A stretch of 62,522 nucleotides of DNA, filler included. It is 4 parts of 4 records of this genome, joined end to end, with 100 filler letters (N's around TTAATTAATTAA, not from the genome) between each part and the next. Parts side by side here need not be neighbours in the genome. Positions count along the whole stretch, not along the records: positions 19,152 to 33,671 come from SRR20825006_682; 3 more parts are not named here. One strand, 5' to 3'. Below are positions 19,152-28,417 of the stretch, in pieces; position 1 is the first letter of the stretch, and the number at the start of each line of letters is the position of its first letter. A model generated the notes under the pieces. The model was given only the letters and a program-made list of their open reading frames with translations, was not told where the DNA came from and made no database searches. Position numbers and translations under genes: made by a program.

Positions 19152-20534
19152 ACGCCAGCAGTTTGGATAACTGTGCACATACTTTTCAACCTTAAAAGCT
19201 TTATTTTCTTCTTTGAGTTTAATTGCGATCTCAACATCAACACTCTTCTCTGGCGCTTCGCCGTCGTCGTAATACTCGTTTTTTACATACTTGCCGCCAA
19301 ACTCTTTCAGTTCAGGTCGAAAACGCCCTTGCAAGTCAACAAGCGGCACCAAATTACCATTCTCATCTTTCACTAACATTGGCGGAATTTGAGGTTCGGC
19401 TTGTTTAGCAACCATCGCATCATCTGCACCAAATGTTGGTGACGTATGAACGATACCGGTACCGTCTTCGGTAGTTACGAAGTCTCCCGCGATCACGCGA
19501 TACGCATCCTGCGGATTTTCATGCGGCTGTACATAATCAATCACCGGCTCATATCGCAATTCTAGCAATTCGCTTCCCTTAAATTCAGAAAGGATTTGAT
19601 ATGGAATCTTTTTGTCTGACGCACTGAAGTTTGCAAAATCTTCCTCACTTTCTGCAGCAAAAAATTTCTTGGTGAATTGCTTTCCAACCAAAGCTTTCGC
19701 GCAAACCACCTGAATAGGCTCAAACGTATATTGGTTGAAGGTTTTTACTAAAGCATAGTCTATTTTCTTACCAACCGTCAATGCCGTGTTTGAAGGCAAG
19801 GTCCACGGAGTGGTCGTCCAGGCCATCAAGTATTTTGATCCGTCAAAAGCAGCAAGCGGAGAAGCTTTATAGGTTTCATCCTCAACCACCTTAAACTGAG
19901 CGGTTACCGTAGTATCGGTCACATCCTGATACGTCCCGGGTTGGTTGAGTTCGTGCGAACTTAAACCGGTACCGGCTTTTGGTGAATAGGGTTGTATCGT
20001 GTAGCCTTTGTAAATAAGGCCTTGGTTATAAATATTCTTAAGCAGCCACCATACGGTTTCCATGTATTTTGGCTTATAGGTGATGTAGGGATCTTCCATA
20101 TCTACCCAATATCCCATCTGCTCGGTAAGGTTGTTCCACACATCGGTGTAACGCATCACTGCATTTTTACAGGCTTCGTTGTATTCTGAAACGCTGATCT
20201 TGGTCCCGATATCTTCTTTGGTAATGCCCAATTCTTTTTCCACACCAAGTTCTACCGGAAGTCCGTGGGTATCCCAACCGGCCTTACGCTTTACCTGCTT
20301 TCCTTTTTGGGTTTGAAAACGACAAAAAATATCTTTGATCGCACGCGCCATTACATGGTGAATACCAGGCATTCCGTTTGCAGATGGCGGACCTTCAAAA
20401 AAGATATAAGGTTCGTTGCCTTCACGCGTAGAAATACTTTTTTCAAATATGTCGTTTTCCTTCCAATAGGCTAAAATTTCTTCAGCTACTTTTGGCAGGT
20501 CAAGTCCTTTATATTCAGGGAACTTTGTGCTCAT
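19152..20534 (-). CDS. ileS: Isoleucyl-tRNA synthetase, N-terminal part (3'-truncated)
   Basis: EGPPSANGMPGIHH, GWDTHGLP, WTTTPWTLPSN, GTGIVH, YPNCWR. Confidence 0.96.
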
Positions 20535-20558
20535 GATATGCGTTTTCTAATAAGTGTG

Positions 20559-20566
20559 CAAAATTA
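20559..20566 (-). promoter_or_regulatory. Bacteroidota -7 promoter element for ileS
   Basis: TAATTTTG (TAnnTTTG) 24 nt upstream of the ATG. Confidence 0.65.
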
Positions 20567-20634
20567 CGGAATTTAGATTAGAAAAAAACCTATAAAAAGA
20601 ATGCCTTAACATAGCCATAATTTCAGACTTCATC

Positions 20635-21933
20635 CTACTTGGTTAATAGTAACTCTTGATAAAAAACGTGCATCAATCGTGGCCGCACATTAAGATCATA
20701 AATTGCCGTATGTGTGCGCGTGGGATATACCCTGTTTGACAGAAAAACAAAAACCAATTCGCGCTCGGGATCTGCCCAAACGAAAGTTCCGGTAAAACCG
20801 CTGTGACCAAAACTAGATGCGCTCACCTCTGGATTAGGGTATGAATCCGGCAGGGCATTTTCAGCATTATTGAGATAGGGCTTGTCAAAACCTAGACCGC
20901 GATGGTTATCATTCTCAGGATATTGCACCCGCGTAAATTCTTTCAATGTCGCTTCAGAAATATATCTCTTGTTGTTATAAACACCCATATTTACATACAT
21001 CTGCATCAATTTTGCCAGATCTTCTGCGGTGGCAAATAGCCCGGCATTTCCAGAAACACCACCCAACAAACTTGCATTTTCGTCGTGTACCCAGCCTTTA
21101 ACATAAGCCTTTCTGTAAACTGAATCTTCTTCGGTGGGAATGATACTCGATTCTGGGAAGTGATGTTTTTCAGGATTAAACATTAGGTTTTTTGCACCTA
21201 GCGGAGTATAAAAATTTTCCTGTAAATACTGCTCGTAGGGAATGCCGGTAAGGTTTTCCACAATTTGCGGATAGAGCAAAAAGGTTAAGCCTGAGTATTT
21301 ATATTTTTTTTCTTCGGAAACTTCAGAGCGATTGATCTTTCTATACATTTTACGCACAAAACGCTTGTTAAGAAAAAGTCCGTTATAGGTTTCTACAGAA
21401 AATCTTCGGGATTTTTCCGAACGCACAAAACGGCGCTTGAAGCTTCCATCTTCTTTCAAAACATCATTCAAAAAAACAATATACGGTTCCAAACCGGCTT
21501 GATGTGCCAGTATTTCTCTTAGCGTTAAATCCCGCTTATCCTTTCGGCGTTTCCAAGGTTTCCAATAGGTGCTGAATTTCTCATCTAGATCAAGTTTTCC
21601 TTCATCAATCAGTTTCATAATCGCGGGTAAGGCGGCGGTAACTTTAGTAACCGAAGCCAAATCGTAGAGATCGCCTGGCACTACCTTTTGAACACTATCA
21701 TAGGTATGAAATCCATAAGTTTTATTAAAAATGATGTTTCCGCTTTGTGCAACCAAAAGTGTTGCTCCGGGAAACGCCTTTGCTTCGATCGCCTGTATCA
21801 TAATCGAATCTACCCGAGCGTCAATAGCTGCATTTGTGACCGGTTGAGTATCTAAAGGCGCTGTAAAAGTTCGATTTTGAGCCAGGGCTCCAAGCGTAAA
21901 ACACAACAGCATAAAAGTCGTAAACGTATTCAT
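20635..21933 (-). CDS. Secreted serine hydrolase, beta-lactamase/AmpC-like family
   Basis: Signal peptide, LASVTK (SxxK), YSG, GNAGLF, GHSGFTGT. Confidence 0.88.
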   Translation of the reverse strand: MNTFTTFMLLCFTLGALAQNRTFTAPLDTQPVTNAAIDARVDSIMIQAIEAKAFPGATLLVAQSGNIIFNKTYGFHTYDSVQKVVPGDLYDLASVTKVTAALPAIMKLIDEGKLDLDEKFSTYWKPWKRRKDKRDLTLREILAHQAGLEPYIVFLNDVLKEDGSFKRRFVRSEKSRRFSVETYNGLFLNKRFVRKMYRKINRSEVSEEKKYKYSGLTFLLYPQIVENLTGIPYEQYLQENFYTPLGAKNLMFNPEKHHFPESSIIPTEEDSVYRKAYVKGWVHDENASLLGGVSGNAGLFATAEDLAKLMQMYVNMGVYNNKRYISEATLKEFTRVQYPENDNHRGLGFDKPYLNNAENALPDSYPNPEVSASSFGHSGFTGTFVWADPERELVFVFLSNRVYPTRTHTAIYDLNVRPRLMHVFYQELLLTK

Positions 21934-22219
21934 AGAAAGAGTCAGATCCCTGAGAGCATTTAGTTAAAAAAAATGAGGCAAACCTCACGCTATTCGACCT
22001 CATTTGTCGCGTAAAATAATCGCGATCTAAAATATTCAATCTCGACTTCACAAGCGACGATTTCTTGTATTTATATGGAAGGTATCGCGGTATTTATCAA
22101 AATAAAAATTCTAGATATCTAAAATTTACAAATTCATAAAAATGCTGCGAGAACGTACAACTGCGATCGGTTTTTAAGCATAATGCGATAATTTGTAAAG
22201 ACTTAAAACCCGATGCCTT

Positions 22220-24766
22220 TTGAAAACGCTCACCGCTCCTAAAATTTCGCTAGATCTTTTACAAGAAATTCTGCCTACCGGCCAACTCGTTACACACCAT
22301 AAAGGCGATACGCTTTGTACGATTCATAAAAAAGTAAAGCATCTTTTCTGGCTCATTGACGGGAATCTGGATTTTTATACACAACAACAAAATCCGCAAC
22401 AAGAAATACAAGTAGCGCATTGCGAAATTCCTTTTACCACTCTAGGTTGGAATGGATTTTTTACTCCTGAACGTTATACCTTCAGCGCAAAAATTGCCAG
22501 TGATCAGGCGCGTTTTTATAAAGTGCCTTTAAAAGATTTTAAAGCGGATATTCCACAAGTTAACAGCTTGCTTCTCACAATTGGTCAAAACAATTATCAC
22601 TTGCTCAAAAATGCCTTGTGCAAACAGGCTTCGCTTTTACAACCACGTAATTTTCAAATCCCGAAAGACGAACATTATTATGTAAATGCATCTATCGAGA
22701 AATCTGAGATCGTTCAATTGATGCGGCGCTCCCCGTTTCTTGATCAGTTTTCTGAACTGCATCTAGGCAAACTCGCCAAACTTGCGCAACGCCGCGATTA
22801 TGAACCTAAAGAAATTATTTATGCGCAAGATCACGCTTCAGAGGGTTTGTACATCTTGATTCACGGCGAAGTGGCCATCAAGCGCATAGAAGGTAAAGTA
22901 GATGTCAGTCAGCGAAGCATCTCTAATTCCGGATTTATTTTTGGCTGGTCTTCCCTGCTCAACCTTCCTGATATTTGCAATGCCATCACCACTGAAAAAA
23001 CAGCGGTATACTTTATCAATCATCTGGATTTGCACCAATTGCTAGAGGAAGATGACCGACTCAAAAAACGTTTTTACCATCGCCTTATTTGGCTCATAGG
23101 GAATCAAATCAATGCGGCGTTCATTAGGTATACTTCGCTCTTAGGGAAACACAGCATTGATGCCGTATATCAACTGATCGAAAATAACCGCTCGCGGCTT
23201 ACCGTGAATTCGGGATTGCATTCGGTATTTCATTTGTTGAAAGATCAAACCACCAAAGCGTTTGCGTATGAAACCTTACAGAATTTAGTTACGCAAGGCT
23301 CAAGCTTAGAGCGACATATCGCATCGCTGAGTCTCGAGTTTTTAAAACACGATCGGCGTGAACATCAGTTTAAAAATGCGTTGCGCAATATTTATGAGGC
23401 TGTCGCCGAAAACAATCCCGAAACCAGCCCGCAACACAAACGCAAAGCCTGTGCGCAAGCCACACGCGAAGCGTTAAAACAGGTTATGGTACACGTGGAA
23501 GGTTTAGAGAATTTACCTGAGGATTCCGGGCATATTTTTATTTACAACCACTTATTGAATCATCCATTTTACACGCTGAATAATCAATTTCAGATCACTT
23601 TAGACTCTCATTTTATCAGCGTTTTACTTGATGATAAATACGGGGAGCCCGGCATACGAACGGTGCGCATCGCGCAAGGTCAAGAATACGGACATCAAAA
23701 TTATTATGAAAATCTGGGCTACATCAACGTGTACACCAAAGAATCTGAACTGCCGGAAGCCGCTGCTAAAACCAGCAACCGCAGTATTTTTTATACGGCT
23801 GCGAGCGAATTCTTAAAAAACAAAAAGAATCTCATCATCAGTCCGGAAGGCACTTCGTACACTTCTGAAGAATCTCCCGGAGCTTTTAAAACGGGCGCCT
23901 TTAACCTAGCCTTAAATCTCAAAACCGAACCGCTCATCGTCCCGATCGTTTTGGTGAATTTTGATAAACGCATCAACGACACCTTGTTCTACTGCAACAT
24001 CTTGAAGCCTTTTAAAATGAGTGATCACGTGGCTAAAAACAATCCTGTTTTAGTCAAAGCTTTTGTGGAAAACTATCAAAAAAAGTATGCAGACTATGTA
24101 GCCGAAGCTCGAGAAAAAGTAAAAAGGTTGATGACCAGTAATTTTTCGGCGGTGCCGGAAGAAGAACCACCGGTAATGTGGGCCAACGAGATCAAACGCC
24201 TGCGTCGTCGTGTTGAAAAACTGAAAAATCAAGAGGACTTGTACGTTTTTTACGGAAGTTCTTCGGTGCGGTTGTGGGTGCATATGCAAGAAGATCTTGC
24301 GCCCATGCACACATTAAACTTGGGATTTGGTGGCTCTACGTATGCTTGGTGTTTGCACTATTTTGAGGAAATCTTTCAAGATGTGAATCCGTCGAAGCTT
24401 ATTTTATATGCAGGAGAAAACGACATTACTCAAGGCCGCACACCACTTGAAGTTTTAGCCGACTTTAAAGAACTTATCAAAGCGGTAAAGGCAAAATATC
24501 CTAAAGTTCCGCTGGCGGTCATCAGCTTAAAACCCAGCGTAGAACGCGCGCATCTCATCCCGCAATTTATGGAGCTTAACGAACTGCTTTCAGAATATGT
24601 AATCACTGGCTTGGATGCACAATTCATCAACGTATTCTCACAAATGATTTCACTAGACGACAAACCCAACCCCGAACTGTATATGTCAGACGGCTTGCAC
24701 CTCAACAAAAAAGGTTATGCCATCTGGAGTGAGGTGATCAAACAAGCATTGCAAAAGCCGGTTTAA
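22220..24766 (+). CDS. Fusion of two cNMP-binding-like domains, a PlsC-type acyltransferase and an SGNH/GDSL hydrolase
   Basis: LFWLIDG and GLYILIHGEV..FIFGW (CAP/cNMP fold); FIYNH, SPEGTS, PIVL (LPLAT blocks); GSSS, GFGG, GEND, DGLH (SGNH blocks). Confidence 0.8.
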   Translation: MKTLTAPKISLDLLQEILPTGQLVTHHKGDTLCTIHKKVKHLFWLIDGNLDFYTQQQNPQQEIQVAHCEIPFTTLGWNGFFTPERYTFSAKIASDQARFYKVPLKDFKADIPQVNSLLLTIGQNNYHLLKNALCKQASLLQPRNFQIPKDEHYYVNASIEKSEIVQLMRRSPFLDQFSELHLGKLAKLAQRRDYEPKEIIYAQDHASEGLYILIHGEVAIKRIEGKVDVSQRSISNSGFIFGWSSLLNLPDICNAITTEKTAVYFINHLDLHQLLEEDDRLKKRFYHRLIWLIGNQINAAFIRYTSLLGKHSIDAVYQLIENNRSRLTVNSGLHSVFHLLKDQTTKAFAYETLQNLVTQGSSLERHIASLSLEFLKHDRREHQFKNALRNIYEAVAENNPETSPQHKRKACAQATREALKQVMVHVEGLENLPEDSGHIFIYNHLLNHPFYTLNNQFQITLDSHFISVLLDDKYGEPGIRTVRIAQGQEYGHQNYYENLGYINVYTKESELPEAAAKTSNRSIFYTAASEFLKNKKNLIISPEGTSYTSEESPGAFKTGAFNLALNLKTEPLIVPIVLVNFDKRINDTLFYCNILKPFKMSDHVAKNNPVLVKAFVENYQKKYADYVAEAREKVKRLMTSNFSAVPEEEPPVMWANEIKRLRRRVEKLKNQEDLYVFYGSSSVRLWVHMQEDLAPMHTLNLGFGGSTYAWCLHYFEEIFQDVNPSKLILYAGENDITQGRTPLEVLADFKELIKAVKAKYPKVPLAVISLKPSVERAHLIPQFMELNELLSEYVITGLDAQFINVFSQMISLDDKPNPELYMSDGLHLNKKGYAIWSEVIKQALQKPV

Positions 24767-24775
24767 AATGAAGGT

Positions 24776-25261
24776 TTACTCCAAAGATCTATAAGTGATT
24801 TTACTCTGATTTTGTTCGTGCCTGAAAAGTACTTTGATCTCAAAATCTTTCTTATTCCAAATGATAACGAGCGGCTTTTCTTCAAAAGTACCCTCACGAA
24901 GATCGTGTTCTGATTTTGTTAGACGTTGCTTAAATTCAGGATTAGAATCATCGCTCGTTTCGCTAATCAAAGTAGCTTTAGTTGCAACCCAAATATGATC
25001 TGGTGCGCCATACTGTGCTACCAATGAATTGAAGGTTTTAAAATTTAAAACTTCAAGTAAATGAACCGTTATTGAATGAACAACCTCTCTATCATCTTTA
25101 TAAATGCTTAGACAGTTATATTTTGAATCATAAAACGACTTGTAACTTGAATCCTTTTCTAAAAAATATGTGCCATTTTGAAAAGGTTCATTTATAAACT
25201 CTTCCCCGATACAAGACGCTGCAAAAGCAAATGACTTCCCAAGTAATGTTTCAAATTTCAT
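24776..25261 (-). CDS. Hypothetical protein, AT-rich
   Basis: 161-aa ORF 25 nt downstream of the TonB receptor; no motif recognised. Confidence 0.6.
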   Translation of the reverse strand: MKFETLLGKSFAFAASCIGEEFINEPFQNGTYFLEKDSSYKSFYDSKYNCLSIYKDDREVVHSITVHLLEVLNFKTFNSLVAQYGAPDHIWVATKATLISETSDDSNPEFKQRLTKSEHDLREGTFEEKPLVIIWNKKDFEIKVLFRHEQNQSKITYRSLE

Positions 25262-25286
25262 TTAAAATTGATTGATAAAATCCTAG

Positions 25287-27692
25287 CTAGAACGTATACT
25301 TCAACGCCATAATCAGATTACGTCCGGGTGCTGAAATTCCTGACGAATAGGGGCGGTAGCGTCGATCTGTGATGTTTTCTAGAGCGGCAGTCGCTTTCCA
25401 GTTTTGGGCGATCTGGTATTCACTATATAAATTCAATGTGTACCAGCGCGGTGAGTACGGATTACCATCAGCATCCAGCGCATACAAATAGGCGTTGCCC
25501 TGTTGCGACGGCGCGAGTTCGTCATAATCAAATTGCCCATTATATTCGGCTGAAGCGTCAAACTTCCAACGTTTCATACGGTAAATAAGGTGCGTATTTC
25601 CAAAGAGTGGTGCCGCGTGTCGCAAGGGCGCATCGCTGCCATCATCTTCTTCCTGACTACCCTCGGTAACTGTTACCTGAGAGGTGAGTTTAATGTTTTT
25701 GGTAAATAAATATTCTAAACCGGCTTCAACGCCATACACCTCAGCACTTGCAGCATTTTGAATTGCCTGTACATTACTCGGCTCGCCTTGATAATCTACG
25801 GTTGTCTCCCCGTTTAGACTAAAATCACGACGCACAAGTGCATTGTTCAAATGCGTGTAATAGGTTGCCACATCCAGACGTAACTTTTTATCAATACGCC
25901 ACGCGGCACCTAATTCGGCATTATAGGCATATTCTGCTTTAAGATCGGGATTAGGTACCACCACAGAACCGGGTTCGCTGTCAAAGATTTTCCCGATATC
26001 GTCAATATTAGGCGCTCTAAATGCTGTGCCCAGATTCAGTTTGAGATTGAAATTTTCTGCCGTTTGCCAATTCAAGCCAGCGTTTCCGGTGAAGTTTCCA
26101 AAGCTTACATCAGCCTTTTCAAACGGAAAATCATAAAAGGTATCGTCAAAAGTGGCGTCGATCAAAATATGATTGTACCGCACGCCGGTTTGCAAGGTTA
26201 AACTTTCAGCCAAATTGAACTGCCCACTTAAATAAGCTGCCAATGATTGCCAGCTGGAATCATCAGGATAGCGGGTTGCAGTTGCTGCCTGGTCGCCGGT
26301 GTTGATATCGGTTTGCTTTCCGTAGGAACCAATTTTGTTATACACATATTCCAACCCATAAAACAACTGATTTGAGCCCATTTTCTTAGTGAAATCAAGA
26401 TCTAAAGAATAGGCATTCACCTGCTCTTGCGTGGTATATAAAGTAGTTGCTCCAAAATCACGATCGTTCCTACTTTCTTCAAAATATTGAATTGCCGCTG
26501 TAAGCTTGGCATCATCATAAAAATCGCCGTTTCCTTTTTTATCAATTTGAAGATTTCCCATAAACCACAATTGCGGGCCGTAATACCATTCAGCAGAACG
26601 TAGCTGCCCGTTTCTGGTTCGTGTAAGCCTGTCGTAACGCGCGTAGTCTGAAGTATTGCTGTAATGCAACCCAAGATTAAAATCCCAAATACTATTGGGC
26701 ATATAGCGCACTTTTTGGGTAAGGTTGATCATATCAAAACCGGTAGGCGTTTGCACATTGGGATCGTCATTTTCTACCACCGTATCCACACCGTTTTGTG
26801 TCACCACATATTCGGGACGCAAATAATCTTCAGGGCCGTGACTTCCCATACGCAGATCGTCAAAATCAGAATAACTCACACTGGTTAAAAACGCCCACTT
26901 TTTAGCACCTATATTAAAATCAACGTGTCCTGTTTTTTCATTATTTGCTGTAGCATATCGAGAAAGCGCCATTCCTGAGAATGCGGTACCGTCTTCAAAA
27001 GAAAAGGCCGGTTTTTTAGTATAAAAATTCATCACACCACCAACCGCGTCACTACCATACACCACAGATCCCGGACCTAAAATAACTTCGGTTTGATCTA
27101 TCGTAAAGGGGTCGATGTTGATCACATTCTGAAGGTTTCCAGAGCGAAAAATCGCCGTGTTCATACGCACACCATCTACCGTCAACAACAATCGGTTTGT
27201 TGAAAAACCACGTATCATAGGGCTACCGCCACCCAACTGACTTTTTTGAACAAAAACCTGCCCGCTCTGACTAAGAAAGTCTGCCGCTGTTTGCGGATTT
27301 TTAAGTTCGATATCTTCAGCATCCAGACTTACTATTTTTTGAGCGATATCTTTAGACTCCTGCTCAAATTTTGACACCGAAAGCACCACCTCGTTAAGTT
27401 GGTTCTCGTTATCATCCAGATAAATCACATTACCTTCAGCAACGATTGCCGCTTTTGTAGTTTTTAAGGTGATGTGGGATACGTGCGTGATGAAAATAGT
27501 TTCAGATTTTGTGAAGGCAGACACGTCAGCGTTTCCTTTTTCATCACTTACTACATAGGTTGACTTTGAGGTATTATAGAGCGCGGCATTGGCTACCGGC
27601 GCTTGGGTGTCTTTATCCAGCAGTTTGATCGTTTGGGCGTGAAGGGTCAACGAAAAAACACAAAAAAGCAACAAAGTAAGGGGTAATCTCAT
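25287..27692 (-). CDS. TonB-dependent outer membrane receptor
   Basis: Signal peptide, LNEVVLS TonB-box region, SPMIRG, VDGVR, YGSDAVGGV plug motifs, C-terminal YTF. Confidence 0.92.
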   Translation of the reverse strand: MRLPLTLLLFCVFSLTLHAQTIKLLDKDTQAPVANAALYNTSKSTYVVSDEKGNADVSAFTKSETIFITHVSHITLKTTKAAIVAEGNVIYLDDNENQLNEVVLSVSKFEQESKDIAQKIVSLDAEDIELKNPQTAADFLSQSGQVFVQKSQLGGGSPMIRGFSTNRLLLTVDGVRMNTAIFRSGNLQNVINIDPFTIDQTEVILGPGSVVYGSDAVGGVMNFYTKKPAFSFEDGTAFSGMALSRYATANNEKTGHVDFNIGAKKWAFLTSVSYSDFDDLRMGSHGPEDYLRPEYVVTQNGVDTVVENDDPNVQTPTGFDMINLTQKVRYMPNSIWDFNLGLHYSNTSDYARYDRLTRTRNGQLRSAEWYYGPQLWFMGNLQIDKKGNGDFYDDAKLTAAIQYFEESRNDRDFGATTLYTTQEQVNAYSLDLDFTKKMGSNQLFYGLEYVYNKIGSYGKQTDINTGDQAATATRYPDDSSWQSLAAYLSGQFNLAESLTLQTGVRYNHILIDATFDDTFYDFPFEKADVSFGNFTGNAGLNWQTAENFNLKLNLGTAFRAPNIDDIGKIFDSEPGSVVVPNPDLKAEYAYNAELGAAWRIDKKLRLDVATYYTHLNNALVRRDFSLNGETTVDYQGEPSNVQAIQNAASAEVYGVEAGLEYLFTKNIKLTSQVTVTEGSQEEDDGSDAPLRHAAPLFGNTHLIYRMKRWKFDASAEYNGQFDYDELAPSQQGNAYLYALDADGNPYSPRWYTLNLYSEYQIAQNWKATAALENITDRRYRPYSSGISAPGRNLIMALKYTF

Positions 27693-27700
27693 AAATGTGG

Positions 27701-28417
27701 TTAGTTAAATAATGCGGTTAGCACCGCAAGTGACTTTGGTTTTTTAAAGCCGTGTAAATGTAATTCATAATACGCGAGCAGCATATTTACAAAGTCTGCG
27801 CGTCGTTTTTGGTTCAGTTTTACCGTAGCAAGTGCATCAAAATTTATACCCAAGAGCTGTTTGAGCGTATGTAAATTTTCTTCGGAAATACTGTAAAAAC
27901 TCTCTACCGGTTCAAATATTCCGGTTTCTAAGTTGAAGTGTGCGTGATGCAACTCTGAAGTATCTGGATAAAAACCTAAATATTTGGTCAATTCTAACAG
28001 AAACAACAGATGAAAATTGGCTGTTTGTTCGTGCAGATCAAACCATAAAAATGCGTGTTCCAGAAATGCGTATAACGCTCGATTCTCTTCTTCTTCCTGA
28101 ATCGCATTCCGCAACATTTCTGAAAGAAAAAGCACCACACTTGACTTCAAAACATCAGTATGTAAACTTAGATAAGGTTGAATCACTTTTGCCTCACGGA
28201 TACTCTCAAGCGTGCCTTTGTCTTTATGCACCGCAACCAGCTCTAACTGACTTGCAGGCTGAAACATCGCCGTGCGAAGTTTGCCTTTTTTTGATTTTAA
28301 AATACGTCTTAGAATGTACGATTTGAGTCCGGCTTCTTCTGTGAAGCAACGCACAATAAGATCTGCTTCTCCGTACTTAATTGCCGAAATCACTATGGCT
28401 TTTGTAGTTACCAGCAT
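27701..28417 (-). CDS. recO: DNA repair protein RecO
   Basis: KYGEADLIV, LGFYP, KSLAVL. Confidence 0.92.
   Translation of the reverse strand: MLVTTKAIVISAIKYGEADLIVRCFTEEAGLKSYILRRILKSKKGKLRTAMFQPASQLELVAVHKDKGTLESIREAKVIQPYLSLHTDVLKSSVVLFLSEMLRNAIQEEEENRALYAFLEHAFLWFDLHEQTANFHLLFLLELTKYLGFYPDTSELHHAHFNLETGIFEPVESFYSISEENLHTLKQLLGINFDALATVKLNQKRRADFVNMLLAYYELHLHGFKKPKSLAVLTALFN

Noticed and set aside
18526-20534. Apparent ICE insertion into ileS
   Set aside because: The two genes are on different contigs joined by a linker.
20635-21933. Possible beta-lactam resistance gene
   Set aside because: SxxK/YSG/HSG pattern fits the broad serine hydrolase and esterase family; no specific evidence for beta-lactamase activity.
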